Assembly (NCBI GenBank): GCA_977020255.1
Contig: CDROCS010003949.1
Span: 372,001 to 436,000 of the forward strand
Reading direction: 5' to 3'
From: Obrimoposthia wandeli
Taxonomy: Eukaryota
Length of the DNA: 64,000 nt
The position numbers and the translations under genes are program-made. Positions 13,237 through 28,241 of the stretch are shown in pieces. Within the stretch, counting starts at the first letter, position 1, and each line of letters begins with the position of its first letter. A model generated the notes under the pieces. The model was not told the origin of the DNA. It saw only the letters and a program-made list of their open reading frames with translations, and searched no databases.

Positions 13237-16200
13237 CTGGTGCTACCGTATTTGAATATCAATCGTCGACAATATACGCTGCTCAATGTGATACACTGGT
13301 CATGTCAACACTGCTACTGGCTGAAAAGATACGATTTCTTTAGATATACATGGTGAACAGTAAAATTCATTTTTATATCACTTTACTTTTTAAATTTCAA
13401 ATCCTCCAATGATGTCCTTTAAAAACCAGATTTTTAATATTAATATTTTCTTTTCCTAGGATTTTATTTCACATCAATGAAAAACACAATGAAAACTCTT
13501 TCTTTGCCACTAGAATTTAGAATAATTAATCCATTGCGAACATTTGAGAATCTAGATTGATATCTAAATCATAATTCAAAGAGAAACCCAGGTGCACGTA
13601 TGTCAGTAAATCTTGTAATGAGATTTTTATTGTCAGGTCTATTGAACAAAGTCCTGGATTTTGGGGTCAGATAATTTGTTAAAACTGTTTAAACATTGAA
13701 ATCTCTTTTATGTCAACAACGAATGCTGAAAAAATAAAATGAACAAAGTTAGAATGATAAATTACTTTTTTATATTTACATTTATTCAACACGAAATTAA
13801 AAGTTATATTAACAAGAAACAAACATTATATATTATATGATAAACGTCTTTTAAATTATAATATTTCCTTAACAGTTTAATAATGTAGAAATTTTGTCAT
13901 GCCACAATATATATACCCTGTGTTTACCGTGTTAAAAAGAGGGAAATAATTGTGACAAAATACCTTCATATGGGTCTAAGTTTGATCGAAATATACGCAA
14001 TATGGTAAATCCAGGTTTATACAAAAGTTATTTCTAAAGTGGGCAATGTATTTTGTTTTAAGAAAGGTCTATTTAAATTTTGAGATTAGTTTACAACTAA
14101 ATTAAATGTTTAATATATTTAATGCTATATTTTCTTATTTATTATATACATAAATATTGTAACTTCGTACTTATAAATGTATTCCTAAGAAATTTCGGGA
14201 GAAATTTGTTATCACAATGTGTTGTAAATGTTTTTCAAAATATGAACTCATATAACTTTTTTTTAATCTTAATTTGATCATTTAAATACAAATTATTTGT
14301 TTTGTGTTAAAATTTTTAGGTATTGTAAATGGTAAAATATTTTTATTCTCAATAATCTTAAACTACATTATTTGTATAAGTTACACTTTGACTTAAAATT
14401 TAAACTAAAATTAAAGTTATATAAGGCATATATATATATATATATCATATATCATATAACGTATATATTTTAGTATCATCTAATTTACCTATGATGATAT
14501 AACGCACATTTCAGAACAAAGTGAAATTTTTCTTCCATTTAATTAACATAAATCTAAACTGAAAATGTCTCTAGAATGAGTTTATTAATCAAGCAATTAT
14601 TTCATTTTTCTTTGAATTTTTAGCTTCAATTTATTTGATTATATAAAAATTCTAATATATGTAATTTGCTTTATTGACGAAAGTAGATTAGTTTATCCTA
14701 GATGTGTTAGATAATTTACAGAATTCTACAATTACAAGTAAATTTCGTTTTGTAACATCCAATCAACAATAAGTTTCATTTTCAATAACAATTATAATTG
14801 ATTAGGAAGAAGATTTAAAATAATTTCACTCATTCGAGAGGGAAAATGAGTTATTCAAATTTACTGGTTAATGCTAAATATTTTACTTGTTTTGCTTACA
14901 TTTGATGTATTAATATAAAACGTGTATTATTTATTTGTATTAATTGTTCTTTACTACGTTTTTTACTGTATGATAAAATGCATCTATTTTAAAAAAATAA
15001 TTGCTTTAGACTGGATATAAAACACGCTTTTCAAGTCCCTTCAGTGTATAGATCATATTGTATAATTTATCAATACTTATTCAATGCTTAAAATGAGTCT
15101 TTCGATGTGTTAGTAACATTTTATAATATCCAGGTTTCATTTAAACTATTTAAAATGCATCAAATAATGTGTGTACATAAATATTTTTAAACAGATTGTG
15201 AGCACTATATTTGAAAATCATTTACAACACATTGTGAAAACAAATTTATCTTTGGAATACATTTATAACTACGAAGTTACGATATATATGTATGTTAGAT
15301 TAAGGAAAATTGAATAAAATTAATAAAATAATTATTTATATTAAAAAAAGTTTAATCTTAAAATCAAAGGTAGAAATGAATTTAAATAGAAAATTAAAAA
15401 TAAATTGATTTTAGAATAAAATATTGAATTAAAATAAAGTAGGACCTTGAAAAGCTCGTGGGAAAATGTGTGTGAAATGAGTATAACAGTGCGACGAGGG
15501 GCCGAGGAAGATAAATCTAGTGGGGGAGGATGAGTGGATTTCGAAAAGAAAGTTGGGCTTTAGTTAAGCAAGAAGAACGAGAACATATTAGTCGCGCAAC
15601 TCAAACTCCATTACTTCGCGAAGAAGCACTCACACAGGAATACTCCTAGACACAGCCGCCATCTCCCATCTTCAGAGGCCGCGAGAAGCGAGAAGTGAGA
15701 GGTGAGTAAATTTTATATATACAGTGAAATTAATGCTCAGTTATAGCAGAAATATATCAGAATAGCAGAAAAATTCGGAACTACAGATATTCAAATTAGC
15801 AAATTCGGAACTACAGATATTCAAATTGAACTAATGAGCAAAAACACAACTTACATAAAGTACATTTTGAGTAAAGACGAGTTGAATTTTAAGTACATTT
15901 TAAGTAAAAGACGTTGAATTATAAGTACATTTGAGTAAAACGACGTTATTGAATTAGTCAGCATTAACATATTAAATTAAAGAGTTAGATAGACGGGTAG
16001 AAAATCACGGGGAATAATTTGAAGGATGATTATAGCAGGAGGCGTATAAAAGTATATGCATAGAAATGTTTCAACCCTATTGTGTATTCTGTTGTAATTT
16101 TAGGAAGTTTTAAGTGTGCTAAGATAAATATAGTTATTTTAGCAGAATCGATAGAAGATTCATTCCGAGTTAACTTCTTTGTGAAATTCGTGTGCCCCCT

Positions 16201-19200
16201 AACATATAGATTAACCGAGGGACAACCAGCGAGACAATATTCCACGTGCTGACATATTCAGATGAGTATTGTCTACGTCAATTGGTACCGGCTCTGTTTC
16301 GTCGATAATCGATCTTGGTGTTGTCAGACCCTTCCGGCATATTACGTATTACATGATCATTTTTGTAACGGTATTAGTGTGAAAAAAAGTGTGAAATAAT
16401 ATAAGATGGTTATTATTTTATATCGTTGATATTTCGTTTTTCTGTTATATTTCAATATGGTTACCAGGCGTTACTATTCCTACAAGAATAAATGACACTA
16501 CATTCAAATAAATGACACTGAATTTGCAAGTCCCAAACGATATTTACATGCAGACAGTGCAATGTGGGTATTCATCCAAAATACTTTGCAGCACATCATA
16601 TTTAGCCAATATTTTGACATATTTTGACAATATCATTCGAAGACATTCATTACTACACTTCAGTATTTTTAAATAAAATTTATTTTTTGTTAGAAACAAA
16701 TACATTTTGCCGGATTTAATCTGAATTTTGAAAATTCTTATTTGCTTACATACATATGGAAATTAAAAATTATATGACGAGCATTACGCAACACTCACAA
16801 AATAATAAACATTACTATTAAAATATTTGTAAAGGTTTGACGAAAGACTGTCTCATCTTATACACAAATATGTATTTGTTTTATATTTATATTGATAACA
16901 AATGTAAAGCATGCATATATATACAAAATATACACCTACTGAGAGAGAAAACTGTACGAAGTCATTTGATTTTGTGGCTCAATAGTTTTCTTTCTAATCT
17001 CATAGAGTGTCATATACAAGGCCATGTCAAGACAAGAATACAATTCGATTCCTTTCTGCGTCGTGTATGTCTGAAGAGTTTCTGCGCCGATTCCGGTTGT
17101 CGTATGATCAATGGGTGGTTAGATAGGATCCCCGTTGTTCTCGTCGTCAACACATCGTAGTTTGGCCAGAATGACTTGAATGATGTTGGTATCGATTGAC
17201 AAATAGTTATCTTATTAACAGCTGTCAAATTAATTTTCTTCACAATGTATCGTTATTATATTATGTTTTTCTTCTGATTTCAGCATCTATAGCCGTCGGC
17301 AACAGGGAGGGTAGCTAAGGTATCTAAATCAAATCAAATCAAATCGAATTTTAAAACTATGAGAACAAGACAGAAGCAATGTGAATAGCATTAAGAACTT
17401 TCAAGGTTAAATTGAGCAGAATTTGAAATTGATTAATGCAAATGTGATATGCAGTGAAATGAAAGGGTTTATGTTTTACCACGACATACATGGTGAATGA
17501 TTTAATCTAGTTATAGTTTAAAAGTTTAAAAAACGTTTTTAAACCTTCAGTACATCGATTGAAAAAAATACAATGGTTTAATAGACTGCAATTGAATTAT
17601 TTTACCAACTTTACATGAGCATAAATAATTCATCGTAGCCTGAGTATATAAATCAAGAAAATGTATCTTCTATTGTTCCCTCACTTAGAACAACTTTCAA
17701 TTTACATTATTGAAGACTTAAACATACGAAACTATCTGAAAATTAAATTAAATATATCATTTAATGTGCTGAATACACTAGTGTAAAAATTGACTTTATA
17801 GATATATTTTTATTGATTCATTACCTACAATTTATACAAAAATTGACATAAACCGATGTGAAATATAAAAAAACAATGTTAATAAAATCACCCGTTTATT
17901 CCTGACATTAAAATAATATGTAAAAGTGCTAAACTGTATTTATTATGCTCCGAATACTTCAATCAAAATTAAAATAAATTTATAATTACTCTAAAAATTC
18001 GAATGAACTATAATAATTACAAATGAGCACTTATCGTCAGATTATCGAGCGATTGATAACTGTTGAACTAACTTATACTTTTATGCTCAGAAACTGAGAT
18101 CGATTTATGCACAAGTAAACATGTTGAAATGTAAATGGAAAATTAATTTTTTCATTTTACATTTGTAAATATTTTAATTTGTTCAAATTTGTTCAAATTT
18201 TTAGAAGAAATTATTTTAAATTCAGAGTTTTTAAAATTGAAACAATTATGATTTTCTGGGATATATTGAATATTTTTTCAATTCAAAGATTCCAAATATG
18301 GACAATTCAAGAACTGATTCAAATAGTTTTATTGATAGCAAATTAGCAGCCAGTTTCTTAAGTCAGGATAGACTTGCTGAAGACTAAATGTACAGCACAC
18401 TAGCAGACAAAACAATGAGAAAGATATCAACAAAGTTCAAAGAAAGTTTCACTTTAAAACCTGACAGTCAGGAAGCACAGCAATGGGAACATTGAAAGAA
18501 TTGCTAAGATTTAAGATGACTGTCCAGTTCGTGAGTAGAGATTAGGACAAATATGTTGGTTTCGGGCTACAAAACCAGAAGTTATATTTTATCCCATTTT
18601 AAGTCTTATTTTCGTTATAAAATGGTTCAGAAAATAAACAAAGTCGAAACCTTTCATTAAAAAAACAATAAAAAGGATTAATATATTGAGGCATATTTTT
18701 AACATTGCACCATTTACATCTTCTTAATAAAATTGTATTAATAAATTTCAAATTAATACATAGTTAAATAATAAAGCATTATTTCACTGTGGAATTAAAA
18801 AGACATTTCGTTCTCTTCTGAATCCATTTACACAGAAATTAGACTTAAAGTTGGATAAAGTATAAATGGTGGATCAAATTAAAATATCGAATGTCTTGAT
18901 CATTATTATGTCACTCGATCGGCGGCCTCAATATACAAACAATTATTTCGATCTTTAATAAAATTTTGATTTTCGTTCCATAATACACTATTAATAGATC
19001 AAGCTTTATTAAAATGTTAAACAATACTTTTAGAATATTTTCTACTTTTATAATTCAAGTCTATTTACTAATTTATTAATGAAAATATTTGCTACACAAG
19101 TTTTCTCCTTTAGTCTACTTATTTAAATAGTGGTATATTATATTTATTTATATTACCATTTAAAAAATATTTTAAAAAATCTGGGCAATAAAGCGAAATA

Positions 19201-21829
19201 CTTTGTAATATATTATCTTTTAAAAATTATTTCAACTATATCGGAAAAATAAACTTTCTAAAAGTATTCATTGTTTATCAACATTTTCATGATCATATAT
19301 TAATTATCATTGTATAACCTTTTTTATTATCATTTAAAACATTAAATAATTGAAAGTCAATAAATTCTTCAAATAAGGACAGCACAACAATTTGGTGTTG
19401 TAAATGGATCGCAAATATTATTTTTATTAATTAATTGTTACATCCACATTTGTAGGTGTTAAATTAAAATAGTAAGTTTGCATTTTAAATTAAACATAAT
19501 AATTATTAGTCAAAAGAAGAAAAAATTTAATTAGCAGCTGTGTGTAAACAAGTATGGCGCATCGGGGAATGCAATGTTGTAAATTGACAGCATTCATAAT
19601 AAACTTTGTTATTTGAGAAAATACGATAAATAAACTAAACTGCATTTAAATATACTTGCTCGTTCTTTATATTCAAATTTTCAAATATGTTGAACATTCA
19701 CTTTGAACAACATATTTTCCGAGAGTATATTATTGGGTTTTAAATTATTAAATGTTCTATAATAGTCCTACAAGCTCATATTAACCCGAATTGATCAATT
19801 ATATATTCATAGAAATATTTTTTAATAAAAATTCATGTATACCTAATTTGAAATGTTTCATATTTGACAAATTTAACAGTTACATTTTAAACCCTATTAA
19901 AATGCACAAACAGTAGACTAAAAGTACACATATTGGCTAAGTGACGTGACCATAATTTTTTGAAAGTTAACAGTTTTTCTATAAAATATTAAACCGAAGT
20001 TGAATTATTTACACCTTACTGACTTTTGTACAATTAATAAGTAAATTTATAATGAAAAAGGTCAACTGTACCCTTTCAAAAATTATTGTTATGTTACTTA
20101 GTAATACGATAGTTTTGTGGCTTTAATATAATCTAAAATGCAAATGTTGACTTTGTCTTAGAGAACCATTACAAATGAGTTATAAATTAATATATATATT
20201 TAAAAGTGTTTCTTACTCGCTGGAAACTTCGGTTAATATGAGCTTGCCGAGGAATGAACTTCCTACATGCATAATTAATATGAGAATTGTGCAACGATGA
20301 AGCTAATTTACCCAAGTTTTTTAATAAATTTTGTACTACGTTACTAACCGAATAATGTGGCCGAGTAAATTAATCCTGACGTCGTTTTTGATGTCTAAAA
20401 AAACCAATATACTGTGTGAAAACTCTAACGGTAGAGATTTAAAATGTATTAAATCAAAAAATTAATTTTGAAAACTATTTTATTTTTAATCAAAATTGTT
20501 AAATTAGAAAAAATGAAGTTAAATAAATAATAATAAATAACCTTCTAAATTGAAGATAATAAATTTTAAAAAATTATTTAAAATAAATATTTTCAATTAA
20601 AATACTAATTAAAACGATCTCCGGCCGATTCTGCACATGCTGCAGTTCATCAATTATCCGACCTCAGGATTTCTGTAGACATCACTGTAAGTATATAAAG
20701 CCAATACTTGCCATTTTTGGCGCAAATAGTTAGGATCACAAATTTTAGACGAAGGATTGTACTTGATAGACTTGTGGGTTGACAGGTGAAGTAAACTGTA
20801 GTAAAGTTAAGAATGAATTTTAGAAAAAAACAGGACTGTCAAGCATTAGTAATAATCCTAATTCTAGTGAAGATTCGAGAAGAAATAGATTGCAGGGCTA
20901 AGCGAGGAATATTGAAGACAAAGGATCACTTGGCACCACGGAATATTTGAAGATACGGAACCGATATTATCAAGGTATATCGGAGGAAGCATGGATGACA
21001 GTTCATCAATCGAAATTTGACGACACACAAATAAAGAATCGGTGGGTAAAACGAAGTAAAGAGTTAATACATTAATTGAGATTTAAAGCTAAAATGTTAA
21101 TAGAATTGATTTTGAAATAAAATTTAAGTAAAAAAAAAGATTTTGAAGTAAAGCTACCATTTGAAGAGTTTAGTGAAAGTTGTCGTTGACGTAAATTTTA
21201 GTGAATTTTTCAGTTAATTCTGAGAAAAAATACAAATCAGTTAGTATATTAAAGCGTAGGAAGTGTCACCATCATGATTTTGAGAAGTGTATACGTTTTC
21301 TGTTAAATATCAAAGTTAAGTATAGCAATAAATCATTCCAAGACTAAATGATTAATCCTTTTGAAAAAGTCGTTTTGGTAACAAAATAAGTGTTGAAACA
21401 TCACTAGTTTATAGAGCCAGGAACCATCCCTTGGGCCAAGAGTTAACCAACGAAACGATAGTCCGAGCCCTGATATATTCAGAAGATTATCGTTGACGCT
21501 GATTGAATCCAGCTTAGGTTTGCCTATTTCTGGTCTCGGTTTTGTCAGACAATGTTTTAATTAAAATCAAAAATTTGACCTAGACGGCTTATTAAATTAA
21601 TCCTACACAACACTACAATATTAGGGACCCTCACGTTATCCTGAACAGACTCTTTGACACAGCACAAAAAATCCTTCGGGGACTAGGAAACACCTTCAGA
21701 GACTAAGATTGGTAGGCCACATCCATCTATAAGCCAATTCGCTACAGAACTCACGTTGGGGGCCTTCATACGAGGATTCTAAGTTTTAATAGAAAACACC
21801 AACAAAATACAGTTATTATAATTATTATC

Positions 21830-22640
21830 AGTAGGTGCATGTGTTCAGTCTACTCCATCCTACTCGGGAGGTACCCATGTCCTTTAAAACTGTGTATATG
21901 TGTGGAGTTATATTTTGTGCATGTGTGTATAAAGATATATACAAAGAAACATACATACATTTTCCAGCTGCACAAGAGCAGTTTACTTGCGGCGGATGGT
22001 ACATGAGTCGAGTTGGCGATCTGAAATTGGAAAAATTAGCGCACAGGATACTTGAATTTTATCAAGAGTGATTTTGAGCAGGTCCCTATGACTCTTGGCT
22101 TACCATTTAGCTTTTGAAATTCCCCAGTTTGCCGACCGCTTGCCAACCGTACCAAAACACCTCCATTAAATCACTATATAGGACTTTATGAATAATATAA
22201 AGTACGTATAAGTGTTTTTTAAATCAACTCCCCCACACCTCTCCTTCCACAACCACAAAATACTAATTGACCCCATTTAAGACCCCTTAAAACTAGAAAT
22301 GTCATAGAGCACCCATGTAGTGCTCAAATGTTGGAGAGGGCTATATCAGGGCCAAAGCGTACCCTTTGTGCTCGTGGTGGACCTCTGAGCAAAGCAATAT
22401 ACATATCAAAAATATTTTTTGTTCAACTAAGATTTTACAGAGTTTATCATCAAAGGAAACCTGTTTTATATTGTTTTTTACTGTAAGCTTTCCATTATTT
22501 AATTTTACACATTTATCCAAATATCCACTGAATTCCTTCATTATAAATATACATAAATCAAATTCGCTATCTATTTTATATTCTTTTGAAAACTTTTTTT
22601 GTTCCAGTACATATTTAGTTTTATTTTCAGTTAACAACAG
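21830..22640. mobile_element. Polinton terminal relic (degenerate TIR, subterminal region, minor capsid fragment)
   Basis: AGTAGGTGCATGTGTTCAGTCTA at 21830; 21950-22330 resembles 27500-27900; 22260-22375 resembles the reverse complement of 51480-51590; ORF 22341-22637 (-) matches the minor capsid (FSKEYKIDSE...VSFDDKL). Confidence 0.8.
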
Positions 22641-22689
22641 TTGTTGTCTACCCCACCAGGAACATTTTGCTCGATCTCTGAGAAAATCT

Positions 22690-23250
22690 CTAAATAATGG
22701 AAACTACCTTGACATTGAGCAAAATCTGTCAACTTCCTCTCGGATCATTTGATTTTATTGCAAAACAGAACAGGGTTATTCAATTTCTACAATTTGTCCA
22801 AAATTGATACATTTAATGGTTGATAAGGTTCGATTTACAATTTGAAGACAAATTAAACAATCAAAGTATTTTTCTTTCTTTGTTGACTGTTCGCTATGTT
22901 GATAAAGATGCTAATGTTCAGGGAACGATCTTAAAGTTCTTTGTTATTGATCATTTGAACACATTTTTCAAAATGTTTTGGGCACTTTTGATGAGTTTGC
23001 GTTAGACATTATGGATTGCAGAGCTCAGACATGAAAATGCGAGCGACATATCCGGTATACATTGTGGATTGTAAGCTCGCATCAAAGAAACAAATCCTCT
23101 TGTTTGATTCATACCTCTTGTTGCATATCTTGGATTTTATTGATGTATTGATGCGAATTCTCATCTAGAAGCAGCAAAGTTTCGGATTTGATATAGAAAC
23201 ACTTTCTATTTGCATGTGCATCTCCGAAACGCTGGGAAAACTAGTAAGTG
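22690..23250 (+). pseudogene. hAT-superfamily transposase remnant (ZMYM1/DUF4371-like type)
   Basis: Broken-frame motifs NNGNYL, LTVRYVDKDANVQ, LDIMDCRAQT-ENASDISGIHCGL*ARIKETNPL and ASPKRWE match the typical GQxYDNAxNMSG...GLQARIKExNP region. Confidence 0.75.
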
Positions 23251-26200
23251 GTCTTCCAGCTGCAGAAATAACTAAAGTTCGAAATCCCTTAACGACAATT
23301 GAATATGAAATGATTGTAAAAGTAAAGAAAACATCTCGTTTCTAATGATTTTCAATAACAATTAATCAAGAACCAGAAAGAAAATGGCTGTTTTGAAGAA
23401 AATGGCTCATCAAAGTTTTGTGTTGAAAACTACATTGTTAAATTTGTCCACCTACTCAGTTGACATTCTGAGTAAATCTATTTTTAAAAAAAAGTCTTTA
23501 ATTTAACAAAATTCTTTTTCAAACTTGTTTTCTGAACAATTATGTCAACTTATTTAAAACCATTAAATATTAAATTATCATTTTGTTGCTTGATAATGTT
23601 TTCAGCGTACTAAACGCCCTAAATCCGATGTAAAAGTCAATAAAGTCCAAAAAAATTATTCTCGTTAAATATCACCTGTAGGACAGAAACTTCTCTACGA
23701 TTGCGAAGGATAATAGAGATTTATTGAAACCATTTGTGGATAATAGGAAAAATGTTGAACAGAAATAAAAGCAAGAAATCAAAATACTCTGATTTTATCA
23801 AGTCATTTTTTATAAAATCCTATAATTATTACATATAATATAAAATAGCCGTTGGAAATTTCTGCATAAGACAGTTACATAAAATGTTTGCCCCAAAATC
23901 TCATTGACGTGCACCGATTAATTTTTGATATGTTTAACTTTTTTCATTAGATAATGCGCCCGTTATCGATGAAGTTATAGAGTAAATAAATTGAAAATTG
24001 AAAATCTGTATTTCTCCTAAGTAGAAATTATTAATCGAATTATATTGACAAATCGTAATTTTAGCCAAGATGAATTTCTTTTCGGTATTTTCAGAACCAA
24101 ATAAATTAATAATAAAACATTTTCAACACTAAATATAACTTTCGTAAATATATATAATCGTTTGATGGTGTTTTTTTACGATACATCATAAATCACATTT
24201 GTACCTTTTTTCTGGTTACTTACAGGAGGAAATTATAAACCAGTCTGAATGTTTATGGGCAGGCTAATCATAAATTAACCCACCGGCAATATATCAGAGC
24301 ATAAGAGCACTTGATTAGTTGTTAACTGTCAACATGTCTCTCGATTTCCACTTCACATTAGTCACCTACTTTCTAGCAATTTGCCTAATAATAATATATA
24401 TTTTCCTTACATGCATCAAGAAATATAAAATGATGATTTTAAAAAACCGTGTTACAATCGATGTTTTATATTTTTTACTTTAAATTTCTAAGTGAAGTAT
24501 CTTTCAAATAATTTTTAAATCCTTACTATTTATAACTACCACCTTGTATATTCTCTAAAAGATATTATTATCTTCATAACGATAAGTAAAAATATTCAAA
24601 AAGAGCTTGTAATGGCAGAGCGCTACTTCTAACAATGTGGAAGGCAGTGTTATTGTCTATTATACCTATTTTATAATATTGTCATATCGCGAAATATTCA
24701 CTAATTTAACAACATTTAATATTGTATATCATTTAATTTTAGATCTAAATTTAGAAATAAAAAGTTTTCACGTGGTATTTATTAAAATATCTTGTTGTTT
24801 ATATAATAGCTTTTTATATAATGTACTTTTTTTTGCGAAATATTCAAAATAGCGTAGAAGTATTATATGTGCCCTTGTAATAAATTGTATTTTGTATTTT
24901 TTTTTAAATATTATTTTAACATATTTAAACAAATGTAATACAACGTTAATACGATTTTCATATTATTGTCTAATTTGGTAACCATAACAGCGATGTAGAA
25001 TGAATTTGTTAAAATAATTCTTTTAAATTTTGTTATAAATCTATTTTTTTATTATTTATAATAATTACGTAACGCAGCCAGTTGGAAAGCTATCTGTACA
25101 GGACTCTAGTTTAACATCATCAAGTATCTGAGATTGTCAAAATATTGTTTTACAGAAATAAAGTGACAAAAGTTTTATTTATGCTCACTTTGCTTATAGT
25201 TGGGAAAAAATTATGTGTATTATTTTTATTTATAACATGATAAAATAATTTAGGAAAATGTATTTTACAATTCTAATCATACACTTTTATTAGCATACAA
25301 GCCCCCTTCGATAAATACAATTTTGAATATTGTTACAATTGTTAAATATCATTAATTGTTATATATAATTAATATAAAAGTTATTTTTTAATGATACTAA
25401 CGAATTTTTTTTTATACTAATAAAGTTGCTAACTGAGTTTTATATAATATTGCCTTTCTATTTATTTCCGAAGAAAAATCTTTACAAATTCATTTATTTA
25501 TACCAAAAATCTAATTATTTTTTTTCTTTCTAAGATGCTTTACAGTATATCGACTCTTTCTTTCTAATTATATTTCTTTCTTGCTTTTATTTTAGTTATG
25601 TTAGAAATTATTATGTTTTATTTTATAAATTTCGCAATTTTTAAGCTTTTCACAGCTCTTCTTGAAAACGTAAATTTTCTATTTAAATGCGAATCACATT
25701 TTATATAAAACACTTTTTTATACATGGTTTTATTCGCCAGTATCCCAGAAAGGATCATCCCTCTCAAGTTGCAACATGGGCAGGAGCTCAGCTGTTGCTT
25801 TCCTTGTCTCTGTTATCATTTTATTGACGATACAGCATCTCTTGAGTGACTTAAATCCATAGAAGGAAAAAGAAAATCTACTTACGTACATCAGGCATGG
25901 AAGCTGCATGTATGCTTAAATAAATGTAATATGTGAACTTATACATAAGTCATGCTTAAACCTTTTGAAAAGATAGTAGGGCAGCTTACATGCAGATAAA
26001 TGCTCTTACATTTTTTTATTTTCACTTACTTTTCAATAGCAAAGGAGTTTCTTAACTTTTTCAAGTTTTAAACATATTATTTGCTCTAATTTGCTAAGGA
26101 AAAAATAAGTAAGTTTCAAATTTTTTAAAATTGCAACAAAGATTGAAGTATTGAAATCAACACTGAAATTTAGTTTAACGTATAAATTTTAGAAACAAAA

Positions 26201-27923
26201 TCTCAAAATCAAAATATAGTTATAAAAATAAGTCTGGTACCGAATTAGTTTCAATATTATTTAGGACACTTAATGAAATATATTGGTAAAATTCCTTCAG
26301 TTTCTTCTTAACTTATTCTATAAAGTTTCCTTGTCTACGAATTTATTTGAGGAAGGCTTGTGAAATGAGTCCATGAAAACGTTAAGTATTGATGATATAA
26401 TTTTCCTTCATGAGTCCGGCACATAGAAATTAATTTATTCAATTTTCATAATATTTTTAACATATTTAATTGATTTAAAATATTTTACTCTGGCTTTTCA
26501 AAATGAAAAATCAGTATTAACTGCCCTTAATCAATGAGGTTTTAATTTCATTTATGTTAATTTGAAATATACTCAGAACTTCGGAAAATTAAACGATAAA
26601 TATTTCTGTGTTAAATTAAGCTGATATTGATTTGAATTTTCTCGGTACTTTTTTTAAAAAACAACATAGTAACATACATTACTGTCATTAGCTCAGTATA
26701 TACAGAAATTTGATACGAAACACGTATGTGAGAATGACTTTTTCATTGTTACCAGAGTTTCTTTTCTGATCGGCATGAAGTCTTTGTCACTTAACTGTCG
26801 TCGCCGAGTGTGAAATCACTGTTTGGAATGTTCTTGAAAATAAATTTCATGGCCAATTAGGGTATAGTTTTGTGTTGATTTTATAGATAAAGTCTACGTT
26901 TTCCAAGCACATAGATTTCATTAAAAATCATATTTTCGTGAATTTATACAATTTGTTATAAAACTGTTTGAAATTGTAGACATTTGTAATAAAGATTCAT
27001 CTATAATCATATATCAAATTACATTTTGCAATATCTTTTCAGAAGTTTAAACATTGCAATACTTCTGAAATTCAAAGCTAATAATATTAAAGGATACAAA
27101 TAAATTACAATAGTTATTCAAAAAAAATACACGAAAATAATAGTGTGCTAACTTTTATCAAAGTTATTTTAAATTGAAACTCGGAAATCACGAGATATCC
27201 TGGCCCCGAATATTACAATGCCTTTGAGAGAGCTTTGATTGATAAATTTAGACACACTCTCTGATGCATAGTCTGAATAATTTACATTGATTGTGCTTTC
27301 TTGTGAGCTATCACTCATGCTATCAATTAAATTCACAATATTATGATATCAAGATACACGAATTTCCATGACTTAGTATATGACCACAAGTAAGTGGATG
27401 TGTTCTGTCTAATAGACCCCCTTTTCCATCCACTGTACATGTACATGTGTGTATAGAGTATGTATGTATGTAAAAATCTATAAATGTCCAGAATTTTTCA
27501 AACTGAGACATTCATACACTTTTCAACCACACAAGAGCACTTCACGGGTTGCAGATGGTACAACGGTCAAGGTGACGAAGCGAATTGGAAGATTAAGTGC
27601 ATAAGATAGTTTGAGAATGTGCTACGATTCTTGGTTATTTACGGAAATGCACAATATGTCAAAATAATACGTCTTCGCGTTTACTGACTGTACCATACCA
27701 CCATCACTAAACCACTATACGAGACTTTATTAAAGTGAATTATAAGCTAGAAAGTAAATTATACGTGTTTTTAAAATCTTAAATTCCACCATGCCCACAT
27801 TCAGAGCACAAAATATATTGTGAGCCAATTTTAAAGTCTCACAGGCTTCTAAACGTTGGGGTTCAAAGTGCACTCCTCGCGTTCAAAGGGACATCTGCAC
27901 TTCACTCGAAGGGTCATAATGGC

Positions 27924-28149
27924 TGTATAATCTATGTACGTCATAACATAATCCATGTAAATATCCACTGCTACTATTGTGGTGGTTTCAAATATCAAAA
28001 ACATAGAGATAACAATTTTTAACTGTATTTAATTGTACAAACTTTCTAAAATAAACGTACATGCATATTATAAAAATCAATACACAACATCAATCATAAT
28101 TTTTCATTAATATCATTTTAATATATTTTCCTAATTACATTTTTCTCCA
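27924..28149 (-). repeat. 3' LTR
   Basis: Direct repeat of 33851-34076, roughly 95% identical by eye. Confidence 0.95.
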
Positions 28150-28241
28150 TACTCACCACCTTGATTTAACTAGATCTAAACAAAAAAATCTTTCATTAAC
28201 ACCTGAAGACTTATCCAGAGAGGTGGCCTAAACTTACTACT

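Noticed and set aside
15760-15960. Short 28-bp and ~32-bp tandem repeats that superficially resemble a repeat-spacer array
   Set aside because: No unique spacers, degenerate units and a eukaryotic context; ordinary minisatellites, not CRISPR.
16285-16345. Second hammerhead-like candidate on the minus strand (CTGACAA...GACGAAAC)
   Set aside because: Core G8 is missing and no stem III/UH or stem I pairing could be built.
20875-20985. Possible Gypsy integrase zinc-finger remnant (RGILKTKDHL...)
   Set aside because: His/Cys ligands are absent and no supporting RT/RH/IN motifs or LTR pair were found.
24215-25910. Isolated minus-strand exon-like pieces with GTAAGT donors (near 24225 and 25885)
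   Set aside because: Could be host exons, but no coherent gene model or recognisable protein could be assembled.
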